Source: Nocardioides sp. (lineage in GTDB: Bacteria > Actinomycetota > Actinomycetes > Propionibacteriales > Nocardioidaceae). From it: 58,884 nt of DNA. Numbering within the stretch: position 1 is the stretch's first letter; each line of letters begins with the position of its first letter. The stretch lies in the NCBI RefSeq assembly GCF_051876515.1, contig NZ_JBJEHY010000036.1, forward strand, positions 1 to 58,884, read 5' to 3'. Of this stretch, positions 28,750-38,344 are shown piece after piece. The notes under the pieces are model-generated. The model was given only the letters and a program-made list of their open reading frames with translations, was not told the DNA's origin and ran no database searches. A program made the position numbers and the translations under genes.

Positions 28750-29958
28750 ACGAACCAGCACCCGGACTTCCCCGTCGCCCTGCCCGGCGCCCGCGAGGAC
28801 AACGTGCGGATGTGGGCGCAGCCGTACGACGTGGAGCCGGCCGCGCTCGACCAGCTCCGCAACATCTCCCGGCTGCCCTGGACCCACGGCGTCCGGGTGA
28901 TGCCCGACGTCCACCTCGGCAAGGGGGCGACCGTGGGCTCGGTGATCGCGATGCGCAACGCCGTCGCGCCGGCCGCCGTCGGCGTCGACATCGGGTGCGG
29001 CATGGTGGCGGTGCGGACCGACGTCACCCAGTCGCAGCTGCCCGACGACCTGTCGGCGATGCGACGGGCGATCGAGCAGGCGATCCCGGTCGGCTTCTCC
29101 TCGCACTCCGGCGTGGCCGAGGTGATCCGCAAGGACTTCGTGCTGCGGCGGCGCTTCGGTCTCCTCATGGACGGCTTCTCCGGCCTGCGGGCCGAGAAGA
29201 TCGGCGAGCGCGAGAAGCGGGCCTCCCAGCAGTGCGGCTCGCTCGGGGGCGGCAACCACTTCATCGAGGTGACCGCCGACGAGGACGGCACCGTGTGGCT
29301 GATGCTGCACTCCGGCTCGCGCAACATCGGCAAGGAGATCGCCGAGCGGCACATGTACGCGGCCCGCAACCTCGAGCACAACCTGGGGCTGCCCGACCGC
29401 GACCTGGCCGTCTTCGTCTCCGACACCGTGGAGATGGAGAACTACCTGCACGACCTCTACTGGGCGCAGGACTACGCCCTGCTCAACCGGAGCGCCATGA
29501 TGACGGCCCTCAAGGGGGTCTTCGCACGGTGGTTCCCGCAGGCGCGGTTCGCCGAGGAGATCCAGGCCCACCACAACTACGTCTCCCCGGAGACCTACGA
29601 CGGGGTGGAGGTCTTGGTGACCCGCAAGGGCGCGATCTCGGCACAGCAGGGGCAGTACGGCCTCATCCCGGGCTCCATGGGGACCGGGTCGTACGTGGTC
29701 AAGGGCCTGGGCAACACCGACTCGTACTGCTCGGCCTCGCACGGGGCCGGGCGGCGGATGAGCCGGACGAAGGCCAAGAAGACCTTCACCCTCGACGACC
29801 TGGCAGCCCAGACCGCCGGGGTGGAGTGCCGCAAGGACGGCGGGGTGCTCGACGAGATCCCCGGCGCCTACAAGGACCTCGAGTCCGTCATCGCCGCGCA
29901 GGTCGACCTGGTCCAGGTCGAGGCGCGGCTCACCACGCTGCTCTGCGTCAAGGGGTAG
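28714..29958 (+). CDS. rtcB: RtcB RNA ligase
   Basis: MPDVHLG, GVDIGCG, GGGNHFIE, HSGSR, HHNY, RKGA, PGSMG, SHGAGR, DEIPGAYK. Confidence 0.95.
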   Translation: MTTPMTTPMTTPTNQHPDFPVALPGAREDNVRMWAQPYDVEPAALDQLRNISRLPWTHGVRVMPDVHLGKGATVGSVIAMRNAVAPAAVGVDIGCGMVAVRTDVTQSQLPDDLSAMRRAIEQAIPVGFSSHSGVAEVIRKDFVLRRRFGLLMDGFSGLRAEKIGEREKRASQQCGSLGGGNHFIEVTADEDGTVWLMLHSGSRNIGKEIAERHMYAARNLEHNLGLPDRDLAVFVSDTVEMENYLHDLYWAQDYALLNRSAMMTALKGVFARWFPQARFAEEIQAHHNYVSPETYDGVEVLVTRKGAISAQQGQYGLIPGSMGTGSYVVKGLGNTDSYCSASHGAGRRMSRTKAKKTFTLDDLAAQTAGVECRKDGGVLDEIPGAYKDLESVIAAQVDLVQVEARLTTLLCVKG

Positions 29959-30004
29959 CGCCCACGGCCATCACCGCCAACACTGGAGAGAGGAGTTGGA
30001 CACC

Positions 30005-30478
30005 ATGACGATCGCAGCGAACCGCGCGGCCCTGCGCACGGTCACGATCCTCGACGCCTCCTCGGTGCCGCTGGACCGCGTCGACGTCGCGCACGCGGTC
30101 CGGATGCTCAACCGGCAGGTGGCGGTGGTGGTCGAGTCGGTCGCGGGACGGATGTTCGGTCCGTACCCGTGGCCGCGGGTGATCCGGCTGCTGCGCCGGG
30201 TCCGGCGGACCTGGTACGCCCAGCCGGCGCGCTGGCACCGCGGCGGGGTCTTCCTGCGCGACCGGCACCGCTGCGCGTACTGCGGGGCGCTGGCCGACAC
30301 GATCGACCACGTGCTCCCCCGCTCCCGGGGCGGCGCGTGGTCGTGGACGAACTGCGTGGCGGCCTGCGAGGCCTGCAACCACGCCAAGGCGGACCGTACG
30401 CCGGCGGAGGCCGGCATGCCGCTCGTCCACGCCAGGCCGTACGTCCCCACCCGGGGCGAGCTGGTCGCCCGCCGCTGA
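30005..30478 (+). CDS. HNH endonuclease
   Basis: RDRHRCAYCG, TIDHVLPRSRGG, WTNCVAACEACNHAKADRTP; AGGAG RBS. Confidence 0.9.
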   Translation: MTIAANRAALRTVTILDASSVPLDRVDVAHAVRMLNRQVAVVVESVAGRMFGPYPWPRVIRLLRRVRRTWYAQPARWHRGGVFLRDRHRCAYCGALADTIDHVLPRSRGGAWSWTNCVAACEACNHAKADRTPAEAGMPLVHARPYVPTRGELVARR

Positions 30479-30503
30479 GGCGACGGGCGTCCTACTTCAC
30501 AGT

Positions 30504-30552
30504 AGATACTTGGATGTCCTACCATTTGAATTACTAGGACATCCAAGTATCT
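30504..30552. promoter_or_regulatory. Perfect 18-bp inverted repeat/operator upstream of icmF
   Basis: AGATACTTGGATGTCCTA-N13-TAGGACATCCAAGTATCT, AT-rich, 13 bp before the ATG. Confidence 0.7.
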
Positions 30553-30565
30553 CTGCGAGGACCCC

Positions 30566-33500
30566 ATGAGCGAGCTCCACCAGCCCACGAACCCCGTACG
30601 CCTCGTCACCGCGTCGGCGCTGTTCGACGGTCACGACGCCTCGATCAACATCATGCGGCGGATCTTCCAGAGCCAGGGCTGCGAGGTGATCCACCTCGGC
30701 CACAACCGCTCCGTCTCCGAGGTCGTCGAGGCCGCACTGGAGGAGGACGCCCAGGGCATCGCCGTCTCCTCCTACCAGGGCGGCCACGTCGAGTACTTCG
30801 AGTATCTCGTCGAGCAGCTGCGCGCGGCCGGCGCCGACCACGTCAAGGTCGTCGGCGGCGGCGGCGGCGTGATCGTCCCCGAGGAGATCGCCCGCCTGCG
30901 GAAGTCCGGCGTCACCATCTTCTCCCCCGAGGACGGGCAGCGGCTCGGCCTGGTCGGGATGATCAACTCCGTGGTCGCCGACTGCGACTTCGACCCGTGG
31001 GCGGTCCGCGCCGCAGACCTCGACGGGGTGCTGGCGGGCGACCGGCTGTCGGTGGCCCGCGCCATCACGGGCGCCGAGTCGGGCCGCCTCGACGAGGCCT
31101 TCCTCTCCGCCGTACGCTCCGCCGCCGCCGCGAGCGCCGCCCCGGTCCTCGGCATCACCGGCACCGGCGGCTCGGGCAAGTCCTCGCTCACCGACGAGCT
31201 GGTCCGCCGCTTCCGCGTCGACCAGGGTGACAAGCTGCGGATCGCCGTCATCGCCGTCGACCCGACCCGTCGCCGGGGCGGCGGGGCGCTGCTGGGTGAC
31301 CGGATCCGCGCCAACGCGCTCGACCCGGGCCACACCTTCTTCCGCTCGCTGGCCACGCGCGGCGCCCACGAGGTGCCCGAGAGCCTCGCCGACGTGATCG
31401 CGGTGACCAAGGCCGCCGGCTTCGACCTGGTCGTCGTCGAGACCCCCGGCATCGGCCAGGGCGACGCCGCCATCGTCCCCTTCGTCGACACCTCGCTGTA
31501 CGTCATGACACCCGAGTTCGGCGCGGCCAGCCAGCTGGAGAAGATCGACATGCTCGACTTCGCCGACACCGTCGCGATCAACAAGTTCGAGCGCCGCGGC
31601 GCCAAGGACGCCCTGCGCGACGTGGGCCGCCAGATGGTGCGCAACCGCGAGGCGTTCGGGAAGCGCCCTGAGGACATGCCGGTCTTCGGCACCAGCGCCG
31701 CCACCTTCAACGACGACGGCGTCACCGCCCTGTACCAGCACCTGCGCGACCTGCTCGCCGAGAAGGGGCTCCCCGTCGTCGAGGGCCTGCTCCCCCACGT
31801 GGACGTGCGCCACTCCTCGGGGATCCGTCAGGTCGTGCCCACCGACCGGGTGCGCTACCTGGCCGAGATCACCGAGACCGTGCGCGGCTACCACGCCGAC
31901 ACCGAGCGGTACGCCGAGGCGGCGCGTCGCCTGCAGCGCATCGACCTGGTCCGCGGCGAGGTGGTCTCGAGCGGCTCGACCAGCGAGGCCCTCGACGGCC
32001 TGCTGGAGGACGCCCGCAAGCAGGTCCCGCACGAGGTGACCGACCAGATCGCCGCGTGGCCGGCGGTCGTGGAGTCGTACTCCGGCGACCAGCAGGTCGT
32101 GAAGGTGCGAGACCGCGAGATCGTCACCCAGCTGACCAAGGAGTCGCTGAGCGGCAACAAGATCCCCCGTGTCGCCCTGCCCCGGTACACCGACCACGGC
32201 GAGCTGGTGACGTTCTGGCGCAAGGAGAACCTGCCCGGCTTCTTCCCGTTCACCGCGGGTGTCTTCCCGTTCAAGCGGGACGGCGAGGACCCGGCGCGCA
32301 TGTTCGCCGGCGAGGGCGACCCGTTCCGCACCAACCGCCGCTTCAAGATGCTGTCCGCCGAGGGCGAGGCGACCCGATTGTCGACGGCCTTCGACTCGGT
32401 GACCCTGTACGGCCGCGACCCCGACCCGCGCCCCGACGTGTACGGCAAGGTCGGCACCTCGGGCGTCTCGGTCGCGACGCTGGAGGACATGAAGGCGCTG
32501 TACGACGGCTTCGACCTGGTGGCGCCGTCCACCTCGGTGTCGATGACGATCAACGGCCCCGCCCCCACCGTCCTGGCGTTCTTCCTCAACACCGTCATCG
32601 ACCAGCAGGTCGAGAAGTTCCGTGAGCGCGAGGGCCGCGAGCCGTCCGACGCCGAGCACGAGGAGCTGCGCGCGTTCGCGCTGGCCAACGTCCGCGGCAC
32701 CGTGCAGGCCGACATCCTCAAGGAGGACCAGGGCCAGAACACCTGCCTGTTCTCCACCGAGTTCAGCCTGCGGATGATGGCCGACATCCAGGAGTGGTTC
32801 ATCGAGCAGAAGGTGCGCAACTTCTACTCCGTGTCGATCTCCGGCTACCACATCGCCGAGGCCGGGGCGAACCCCATCAGCCAGCTCGCGTTCACGCTGG
32901 CCAACGGGTTCACCTACGTCGAGGCGTACCTCGCGCGCGGCATGGACATCGACGACTTCGCGCCGAACCTGTCGTTCTTCTTCTCCAACGGCATGGACCC
33001 CGAGTACTCGGTGCTCGGCCGGGTCGCCCGCCGCATCTGGGCGATCACGATGAAGGAGAAGTACGGCGCCGCCGAGCGCAGCCAGAAGCTGAAGTACCAC
33101 GTCCAGACCTCGGGCCGTTCGCTGCACGCCCAGGAGATGGACTTCAACGACATCCGCACCACGCTGCAGGCGCTCATCGCGATCTACGACAACGCCAACA
33201 GCCTTCACACCAACGCCTACGACGAGGCCGTCACGACCCCGACGGAGGAGTCCGTGCGCCGCGCGCTGGCGATCCAGCTCATCATCAACCGCGAGTGGGG
33301 CCTCGCGATGAACGAGAACCCCAACCAGGGGTCGTTCATCATCGACGAGCTCACCGACCTGGTGGAGGCGGCCGTGCTCGCCGAGTTCGACCGGATCAAC
33401 GAGCGCGGCGGCGTGCTGGGCGCCATGGAGACCGGCTACCAGCGTGGCCGGATCCAGGACGAGTCGATGCTGTACGAGCACCGCAAGCACGACGGCTCGC

Positions 33501-33796
33501 TGCCCCTGATCGGCGTCAACACCTTCCTCAACCCGCACGCCGACGACGCCGAGCCCATGGAGATCGAGCTGGCCCGGGCGACCGAGGCGGAGAAGGAGTC
33601 CCAGCTGTCCCGCGTACGCGCCTGGCAGGCCTCGCACTCCAGCGAGGCCCAGGAGGCGCTGGCCCGCCTCAAGGACGCCGCGGTCGCCGGGGACAACGTC
33701 TTCGCCGTCCTGATGGACGCCGCCCGCGTCTGCTCCCTGCAGCAGGTCACCGACGCGTTCTTCGAGGTGGGCGGGCAGTACCGGCGCAACGTCTGA
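30566..33796 (+). CDS. icmF: Fused isobutyryl-CoA mutase/GTPase IcmF
   Basis: N-term FDGHD B12 domain, GTGGSGKS GTPase, NKFE, mutase barrel RMFAGEG, GTVQADILKE, QTSGRSL, GQYRRNV. Confidence 0.95.
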   Translation: MSELHQPTNPVRLVTASALFDGHDASINIMRRIFQSQGCEVIHLGHNRSVSEVVEAALEEDAQGIAVSSYQGGHVEYFEYLVEQLRAAGADHVKVVGGGGGVIVPEEIARLRKSGVTIFSPEDGQRLGLVGMINSVVADCDFDPWAVRAADLDGVLAGDRLSVARAITGAESGRLDEAFLSAVRSAAAASAAPVLGITGTGGSGKSSLTDELVRRFRVDQGDKLRIAVIAVDPTRRRGGGALLGDRIRANALDPGHTFFRSLATRGAHEVPESLADVIAVTKAAGFDLVVVETPGIGQGDAAIVPFVDTSLYVMTPEFGAASQLEKIDMLDFADTVAINKFERRGAKDALRDVGRQMVRNREAFGKRPEDMPVFGTSAATFNDDGVTALYQHLRDLLAEKGLPVVEGLLPHVDVRHSSGIRQVVPTDRVRYLAEITETVRGYHADTERYAEAARRLQRIDLVRGEVVSSGSTSEALDGLLEDARKQVPHEVTDQIAAWPAVVESYSGDQQVVKVRDREIVTQLTKESLSGNKIPRVALPRYTDHGELVTFWRKENLPGFFPFTAGVFPFKRDGEDPARMFAGEGDPFRTNRRFKMLSAEGEATRLSTAFDSVTLYGRDPDPRPDVYGKVGTSGVSVATLEDMKALYDGFDLVAPSTSVSMTINGPAPTVLAFFLNTVIDQQVEKFREREGREPSDAEHEELRAFALANVRGTVQADILKEDQGQNTCLFSTEFSLRMMADIQEWFIEQKVRNFYSVSISGYHIAEAGANPISQLAFTLANGFTYVEAYLARGMDIDDFAPNLSFFFSNGMDPEYSVLGRVARRIWAITMKEKYGAAERSQKLKYHVQTSGRSLHAQEMDFNDIRTTLQALIAIYDNANSLHTNAYDEAVTTPTEESVRRALAIQLIINREWGLAMNENPNQGSFIIDELTDLVEAAVLAEFDRINERGGVLGAMETGYQRGRIQDESMLYEHRKHDGSLPLIGVNTFLNPHADDAEPMEIELARATEAEKESQLSRVRAWQASHSSEAQEALARLKDAAVAGDNVFAVLMDAARVCSLQQVTDAFFEVGGQYRRNV

Positions 33797-33849
33797 GGTT
33801 GGCTGTGCTCCCTCCGGTGGGGGTCGTCTCTCCGGCGGGACCTGCCAGT

Positions 33850-33930
33850 GACCCCAAGTTGGGTCACCTGACCCAACTTGGGGTCGGCCGGAGAGGGTCG
33901 CCCCAACTTGGGGACGGTCGGAGAGGTTCC
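33850..33930. repeat. REP-like palindromic repeat cluster
   Basis: 17-bp IR GACCCCAAGTTGGGTCA/TGACCCAACTTGGGGTC plus imperfect 30-bp direct repeat CCCAACTTGGGG..GG.CGGAGAGG. Confidence 0.7.
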
Positions 33931-34171
33931 GGCGACCTCCCAACCTCTCCCAGTGACCACCATTTGGAGTGGCCGCAAGCTGGGCGTACGCCTACGGCAC
34001 GCCTCTGGATGACGCCGAGATGTCAGAACCACCTCCAGTCGGGCCTTCTCATCCCGGGCCACGTGTCATCTGATCGCGACGCCGCGCTGAACGAGCCGGC
34101 CCCGTATTACATGATTATGATTGGTCATTACTGTCGAGTAGTTGTGATGACTCGGCGAAGGAGACACCGCA

Positions 34172-34909
34172 ATGACATCCGGGAACCCGCGACCGATGAA
34201 GACGGCCATGCTGGTCGCTCAGCGCATCGTGTCGGACATCAACGACCGTGGAAACGTCATCGGCGACCGCCTCCCACCCGAGCGGATCATGCTGGAGAAG
34301 TACGACGTGGGCCGCGGCACCCTGAGGGAGTCCCTGCGGTTCCTCGAGCTGCAGGGCCTGATCATGCTCAAGCCGGGCCCGGGCGGCGGCCCCGTCGTCG
34401 TCCAGCCCGACGCGACGTCCCTGGCCACCTCGCTCACTCTGCTGCTGCAGTTCGCGAACGCGCCGTTCCGCACGATCGCCGAGGCCCGTCTGGGTCTGGA
34501 GCCGATGATGTCGCAGCTCGCCGCCGAGCGCATGGACATCGACACGCTCAAGGACCTCAAGGCGAGCGTCGACACCATGTACGACAACCTCGGCAACCGG
34601 ACGATCTTCCTGGAGGAGAACAAGCGCTTCCACGACGTCATCGCGCACGGCTCCGGCAACGCGATGTTCGGCTACCTCGTCGACGCCCTGCTCGGCATGC
34701 TCGACGGCTCCGCGATCGGCATCGACTACCCCGAGCACCGCCGCGAGGCCGTGCACAAGGCGCACCGTCAGATCTACGAGACCATCGAGTCGCGTGACCC
34801 CGCTGCCGCGGCGGCCGCGATGCACGACCACATCGACCAGTACGTCACGTACGCGCAGAAGAAGTTCCCCGAGGTGCTCGACGGCCCCATCGTGTGGGGA
34901 CAGGTCTGA
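34172..34909 (+). CDS. GntR/FadR-family regulator
   Basis: GDRLPPE, VGRGTLRESLRFLELQGL, PGPGGGP, FCD domain FHDVIA..SGN. Confidence 0.92.
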   Translation: MTSGNPRPMKTAMLVAQRIVSDINDRGNVIGDRLPPERIMLEKYDVGRGTLRESLRFLELQGLIMLKPGPGGGPVVVQPDATSLATSLTLLLQFANAPFRTIAEARLGLEPMMSQLAAERMDIDTLKDLKASVDTMYDNLGNRTIFLEENKRFHDVIAHGSGNAMFGYLVDALLGMLDGSAIGIDYPEHRREAVHKAHRQIYETIESRDPAAAAAAMHDHIDQYVTYAQKKFPEVLDGPIVWGQV

Positions 34910-35094
34910 CCCCGGCCCGCGAGGTCACCAGGCCATCAGCTGGACCTTCGGGAACGTGCGGGCGATGTGGCGGATCGTGGGGTTGGACAGCGTGTTCGGG
35001 TGGGCGTTTGCCACCCGGCTCGCCGCCGTCGACCACGAAGATCCTGAGTGGGATGGATTCGAGGAGCGTGGCTCCCTCCACGGAGGAGCAGACC

Positions 35095-35865
35095 TCAGGC
35101 CCAGAGCACCGGGTCACCCATGCGGTCGGCCGCGTGGGTGTCGTAGTAGGCGATGACGGCCGCGATGTGGCCGTCCACGGCCTCGTACGCGCGACGCTTG
35201 TGGCCGCGCACGATCGCCTCGGCGGCCTCGGCGTGCCAGCTTCGGGCCTCGGCGTACGGGACGCGCACCGGGAGTGCGGCCATCACCTGGTCGGTGACCA
35301 GGTGTCCGACAGTGCGGGTGAGGAGCTGGACCACCTTGTTGCCCGAGAGCTGGGCGATCGCGGCGTGGAAGGAGTCGTCCTCCGACACGTCGCTGTCGGG
35401 GCTCGCACCCGGGTCCAGGTACGGGCCCATCAGCTCACGCACCGTGGCTCGGTCGGGGTTGCCCGCGGCGCGGGCGGCCAGCGGCGGCTCCATCAGCTGC
35501 CATGCCTGGAGCACCTCGGCGTACGACGCGCCGGCGAGGTGGAAGTAGAGGGACGCGCTGCGCGCCAGGAAGCCCGCGTTGACGGCCTCCAGCGTCGGCC
35601 CACCTCCGGGTCCCCGGCGGATGCTCAGGAAACCCTGCACCTCGAGCAGGCGCAGCGCCTCGCGCAGGGTCTCGCGGCTCACCCCGAACTGGACGATCAT
35701 GTCGGCCTCGGGTGGGAGGCGGGTGCCGGCCGTCAGTCCGTCGGCGACGACCTGGTCCACGATCTTGGCAGCAACCTCCTCGGACGCCTTGCGGCGCACG
35801 GGCCGGGCCGACGCTCCACCGCCGACCCTCTCCGAGATGATCTCAATCCCCGGTCGATTGCTCAT
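35095..35865 (-). CDS. GntR/FadR-family regulator
   Basis: GTRLPPE, VSRETLREALRLLEVQG, RGPGGGP, FHAAIAQLSGN. Confidence 0.9.
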   Translation of the reverse strand: MSNRPGIEIISERVGGGASARPVRRKASEEVAAKIVDQVVADGLTAGTRLPPEADMIVQFGVSRETLREALRLLEVQGFLSIRRGPGGGPTLEAVNAGFLARSASLYFHLAGASYAEVLQAWQLMEPPLAARAAGNPDRATVRELMGPYLDPGASPDSDVSEDDSFHAAIAQLSGNKVVQLLTRTVGHLVTDQVMAALPVRVPYAEARSWHAEAAEAIVRGHKRRAYEAVDGHIAAVIAYYDTHAADRMGDPVLWA

Positions 35866-36047
35866 CGTTCCTTGATCCCCCTCAGGCCCGCGCGCGTGCG
35901 CGGTCGGCGAAGCCTACGGTTTCGTTGGTGTCTGTGTAGTCCGATTTCTGGTAATGGACCAGCAGGGACGCGCCGAATGCCCCGATTGGCGGAGCAAAAG
36001 TGCTGATCTGCGGCACCCGGGACGGCCGTGGCGGCCGTCCGCACAGA

Positions 36048-36716
36048 TCAGTACCAGCCGCGGGAACTCTTGAACGACCACGCCGCGCACGGGGTGCCGT
36101 AGCGGTTCTTGATGTACTCCAAACCCCAGCGGATCTGCACCTCCGCGGAGGTCATGTACCCCTCCGGCAGGTCGTGGGTCGCCGTGAGCGCCTGCGGGAT
36201 GCCGTACGCCGAGGAGCTGGGGTTGTCGGCGTCGACGCGCCACCCGGACTCGCTGGCGTAGAGGGAGTCGAGGCAGCTGAACTCCGAGGCCGCGAACCCG
36301 TACTCCGAGAGCAGGACGCGGGCGATGTCGCGCGGGTCTCCGGTGGCCAGGTTCTCCTCGCGGGTCACCGCCACTCCCCCGGCCTGGGTCAGCGCGGCCT
36401 GCTTGACCGAGTCGGTCTCGCCACGGCGGTCCGAGCGGGAGACCACGTCGTCGCGGTTGGCCAGGATCTCAGCGGCCTGCTCGTCGGCGCCGGTGTCGGC
36501 CACCGCAGCACCGAGGTCCGCGCCCGCCAGCAGGGAGGCGTCGCGGGTCGCGTCGTCGGTGAACCCGACGCCGGTCGCGACGGTGGCACCGGTCGCGACG
36601 GCCGCCAGCGACGTCATCGCGAGGCTCGTGCGGACCACGCGGGTGCGTCGGGACGTGACCGCCTTGTGGCGTCCGGGCGCGCGGTGCTTCGGGACGTACT
36701 TGTCGGTTTCAGACAC
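36048..36716 (-). CDS. Secreted lytic transglycosylase-like (SLT/Rpf-related) protein
   Basis: N-term GRH basic leader plus TM, VSRSDRR, CLDSLYASESGW, NPSSSAYGIPQAL, QIRWGLEYIKNRYGTPCAAW...GWY. Confidence 0.85.
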   Translation of the reverse strand: MSETDKYVPKHRAPGRHKAVTSRRTRVVRTSLAMTSLAAVATGATVATGVGFTDDATRDASLLAGADLGAAVADTGADEQAAEILANRDDVVSRSDRRGETDSVKQAALTQAGGVAVTREENLATGDPRDIARVLLSEYGFAASEFSCLDSLYASESGWRVDADNPSSSAYGIPQALTATHDLPEGYMTSAEVQIRWGLEYIKNRYGTPCAAWSFKSSRGWY

Positions 36717-36895
36717 AGTTCAGGGGACCCACGTTTCGAGGACGGTCGGACACGGCCTGGCGTGTCCTCCCCCGGCGGAACTGACCCTCCACCAGGACTC
36801 GGCAGGCACAGCCACCCTGCAACAGTGCCCGGCGAGGTGCAAACGGAACCGCCCAATTCGTGGGACCACTTTGATCACACCAGCCTCAACAGACG

Positions 36896-36937
36896 CGTAC
36901 GTCCCTCCCGCCACTGCGCGCACGGGAGGGACGTACG
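36896..36937 (-). terminator. Hairpin downstream of phoH2
   Basis: 15-bp stem CGTACGTCCCTCCCG/CGGGAGGGACGTACG. Confidence 0.7.
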
Positions 36938-36955
36938 TGACCAACCTCCTACCCC

Positions 36956-38344
36956 CTACAGAGTCACGCCCTCGAGCATCTCGGTGACCAGCGCTGCGAT
37001 CGGCGAGCGCTCGGACCGGGTCAGCGTCACGTGCGCGAACAGCGGGTGCCCCTTGAGCTTGTCCACCACCGCGACCACGCCGTCGTGCCGCCCGACCCGC
37101 AGGTTGTCGCGCTGCGCCACGTCGTGGGTCAGCACCACCTTGGAGTTGGCGCCGATGCGCGAGAGCACCGTCAGCAGCACGTTGCGCTCCAGCGACTGGG
37201 CCTCGTCGACGATCACGAACGCGTCGTGCAGCGACCGGCCACGGATGTGGGTCAGCGGCAGCACCTCGAGCATCCCGCGGCGCAGGATCTCGTCGATCAC
37301 GTGGTGGCTGCACACCGACCCCAGGGTGTCGAAGACCGCTTGGGTCCAGGGCGCCATCTTCTCGGTCTCCGAGCCCGGCAGGTACCCCAGCTCCTGCCCA
37401 CCCACCGCGTACAACGGCCTGAAGACGACCACCTTCTTGTGCTGGCGCCGCTCCATCACGGCCTCCAGACCAGCGCACAGGGCCATCGCGGACTTGCCGG
37501 TGCCGGCGCGCCCGCCGAGGGAGACGATCCCCACCTCGGGGTCCAGCAGCAGCTCGAGCGCGACCCTCTGCTCGGCCGAACGGCCGTGGATCCCGAAGGC
37601 CTCTCGGTCGCCCCGGACCAGGTGGACCCGCTTGTCCGGGCCTACCCGCCCCAGCGCGGCACCCCGCTCGGAGAGCAGCACCAGCCCGTTGTGGCAGGGC
37701 AGGTCGCGCGCCGCGTCCAGGTCGACCACGCCGTCCTCGTACAGCTCGTCGAGGAGGTCGGCGGCGATGTCGACCTCGCTCATCCCCGAGTAGCCGGTGT
37801 CGGAGTCGCTGATCGACTCGGCCCGGTACTCCTCCGCGCGCAGCCCCACCGCGGAGGCCTTGATCCGCATCGGGAGGTCCTTGGAGACCAGGGTGACCTG
37901 GTGGCCCTCGTCGGCAAGGTTGCGCGCGACGGCGAGGATGCGGGTGTCGTTGTCGCCCAGCCGGAACCCCGAGGGCAGCGAGCTGGCGTCGGTGTGGTTG
38001 AGCTCCACCCGGATCGTCCCGCCGAGCTCCCCGACGGGAACCGGCGAGTCCAGCCGGCCGTGGGTGATCCGCAGCTCGTCGAGCAGCCGCAGCGCCGAGC
38101 GGGCGAAGAAGCCCAGCTCGGGGTGGTGCCGTTTGCCCTCGAGCTCGGTGATGACCACCACCGGCAGCACCACCTCGTGCTCGGCGAAGCGCCGCAGCGC
38201 GGCTGGGTCGGCCAGCAGCACGCTGGTGTCCAGCACGTACGTGAGTCGCCCGGAGCCCTCCCCGGCTCCTGGCTGGTCCGCCGGCGCCTGCGCGGCGGCC
38301 TGCTGCTGGTCGGTGCTCTGGGCTGATCTGGACGTCGTGGCCAC
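36956..38344 (-). CDS. phoH2: PIN-PhoH fusion (PhoH2)
   Basis: [24 protein letters not shown]; [23 protein letters not shown]. Confidence 0.93.
   Translation of the reverse strand: MATTSRSAQSTDQQQAAAQAPADQPGAGEGSGRLTYVLDTSVLLADPAALRRFAEHEVVLPVVVITELEGKRHHPELGFFARSALRLLDELRITHGRLDSPVPVGELGGTIRVELNHTDASSLPSGFRLGDNDTRILAVARNLADEGHQVTLVSKDLPMRIKASAVGLRAEEYRAESISDSDTGYSGMSEVDIAADLLDELYEDGVVDLDAARDLPCHNGLVLLSERGAALGRVGPDKRVHLVRGDREAFGIHGRSAEQRVALELLLDPEVGIVSLGGRAGTGKSAMALCAGLEAVMERRQHKKVVVFRPLYAVGGQELGYLPGSETEKMAPWTQAVFDTLGSVCSHHVIDEILRRGMLEVLPLTHIRGRSLHDAFVIVDEAQSLERNVLLTVLSRIGANSKVVLTHDVAQRDNLRVGRHDGVVAVVDKLKGHPLFAHVTLTRSERSPIAALVTEMLEGVTL

Noticed and set aside
30005-30478. HNH as homing endonuclease or prophage gene
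   Set aside because: No intron, intein, phage genes, integrase or flanking repeats; it has its own RBS in an operon position.
30479-30565. Cobalamin riboswitch before icmF
   Set aside because: The gap is only 87 bp, lacks B12-box motifs and is occupied by an operator-like inverted repeat.
33850-33930. Possible mini-CRISPR
   Set aside because: Only two imperfect direct units, no unique spacers, no cas genes.
30497-33943. 1148-aa antisense ORF and many similar shadow ORFs
   Set aside because: Mirror frame of a GC3-biased gene (icmF) with no recognisable motifs.
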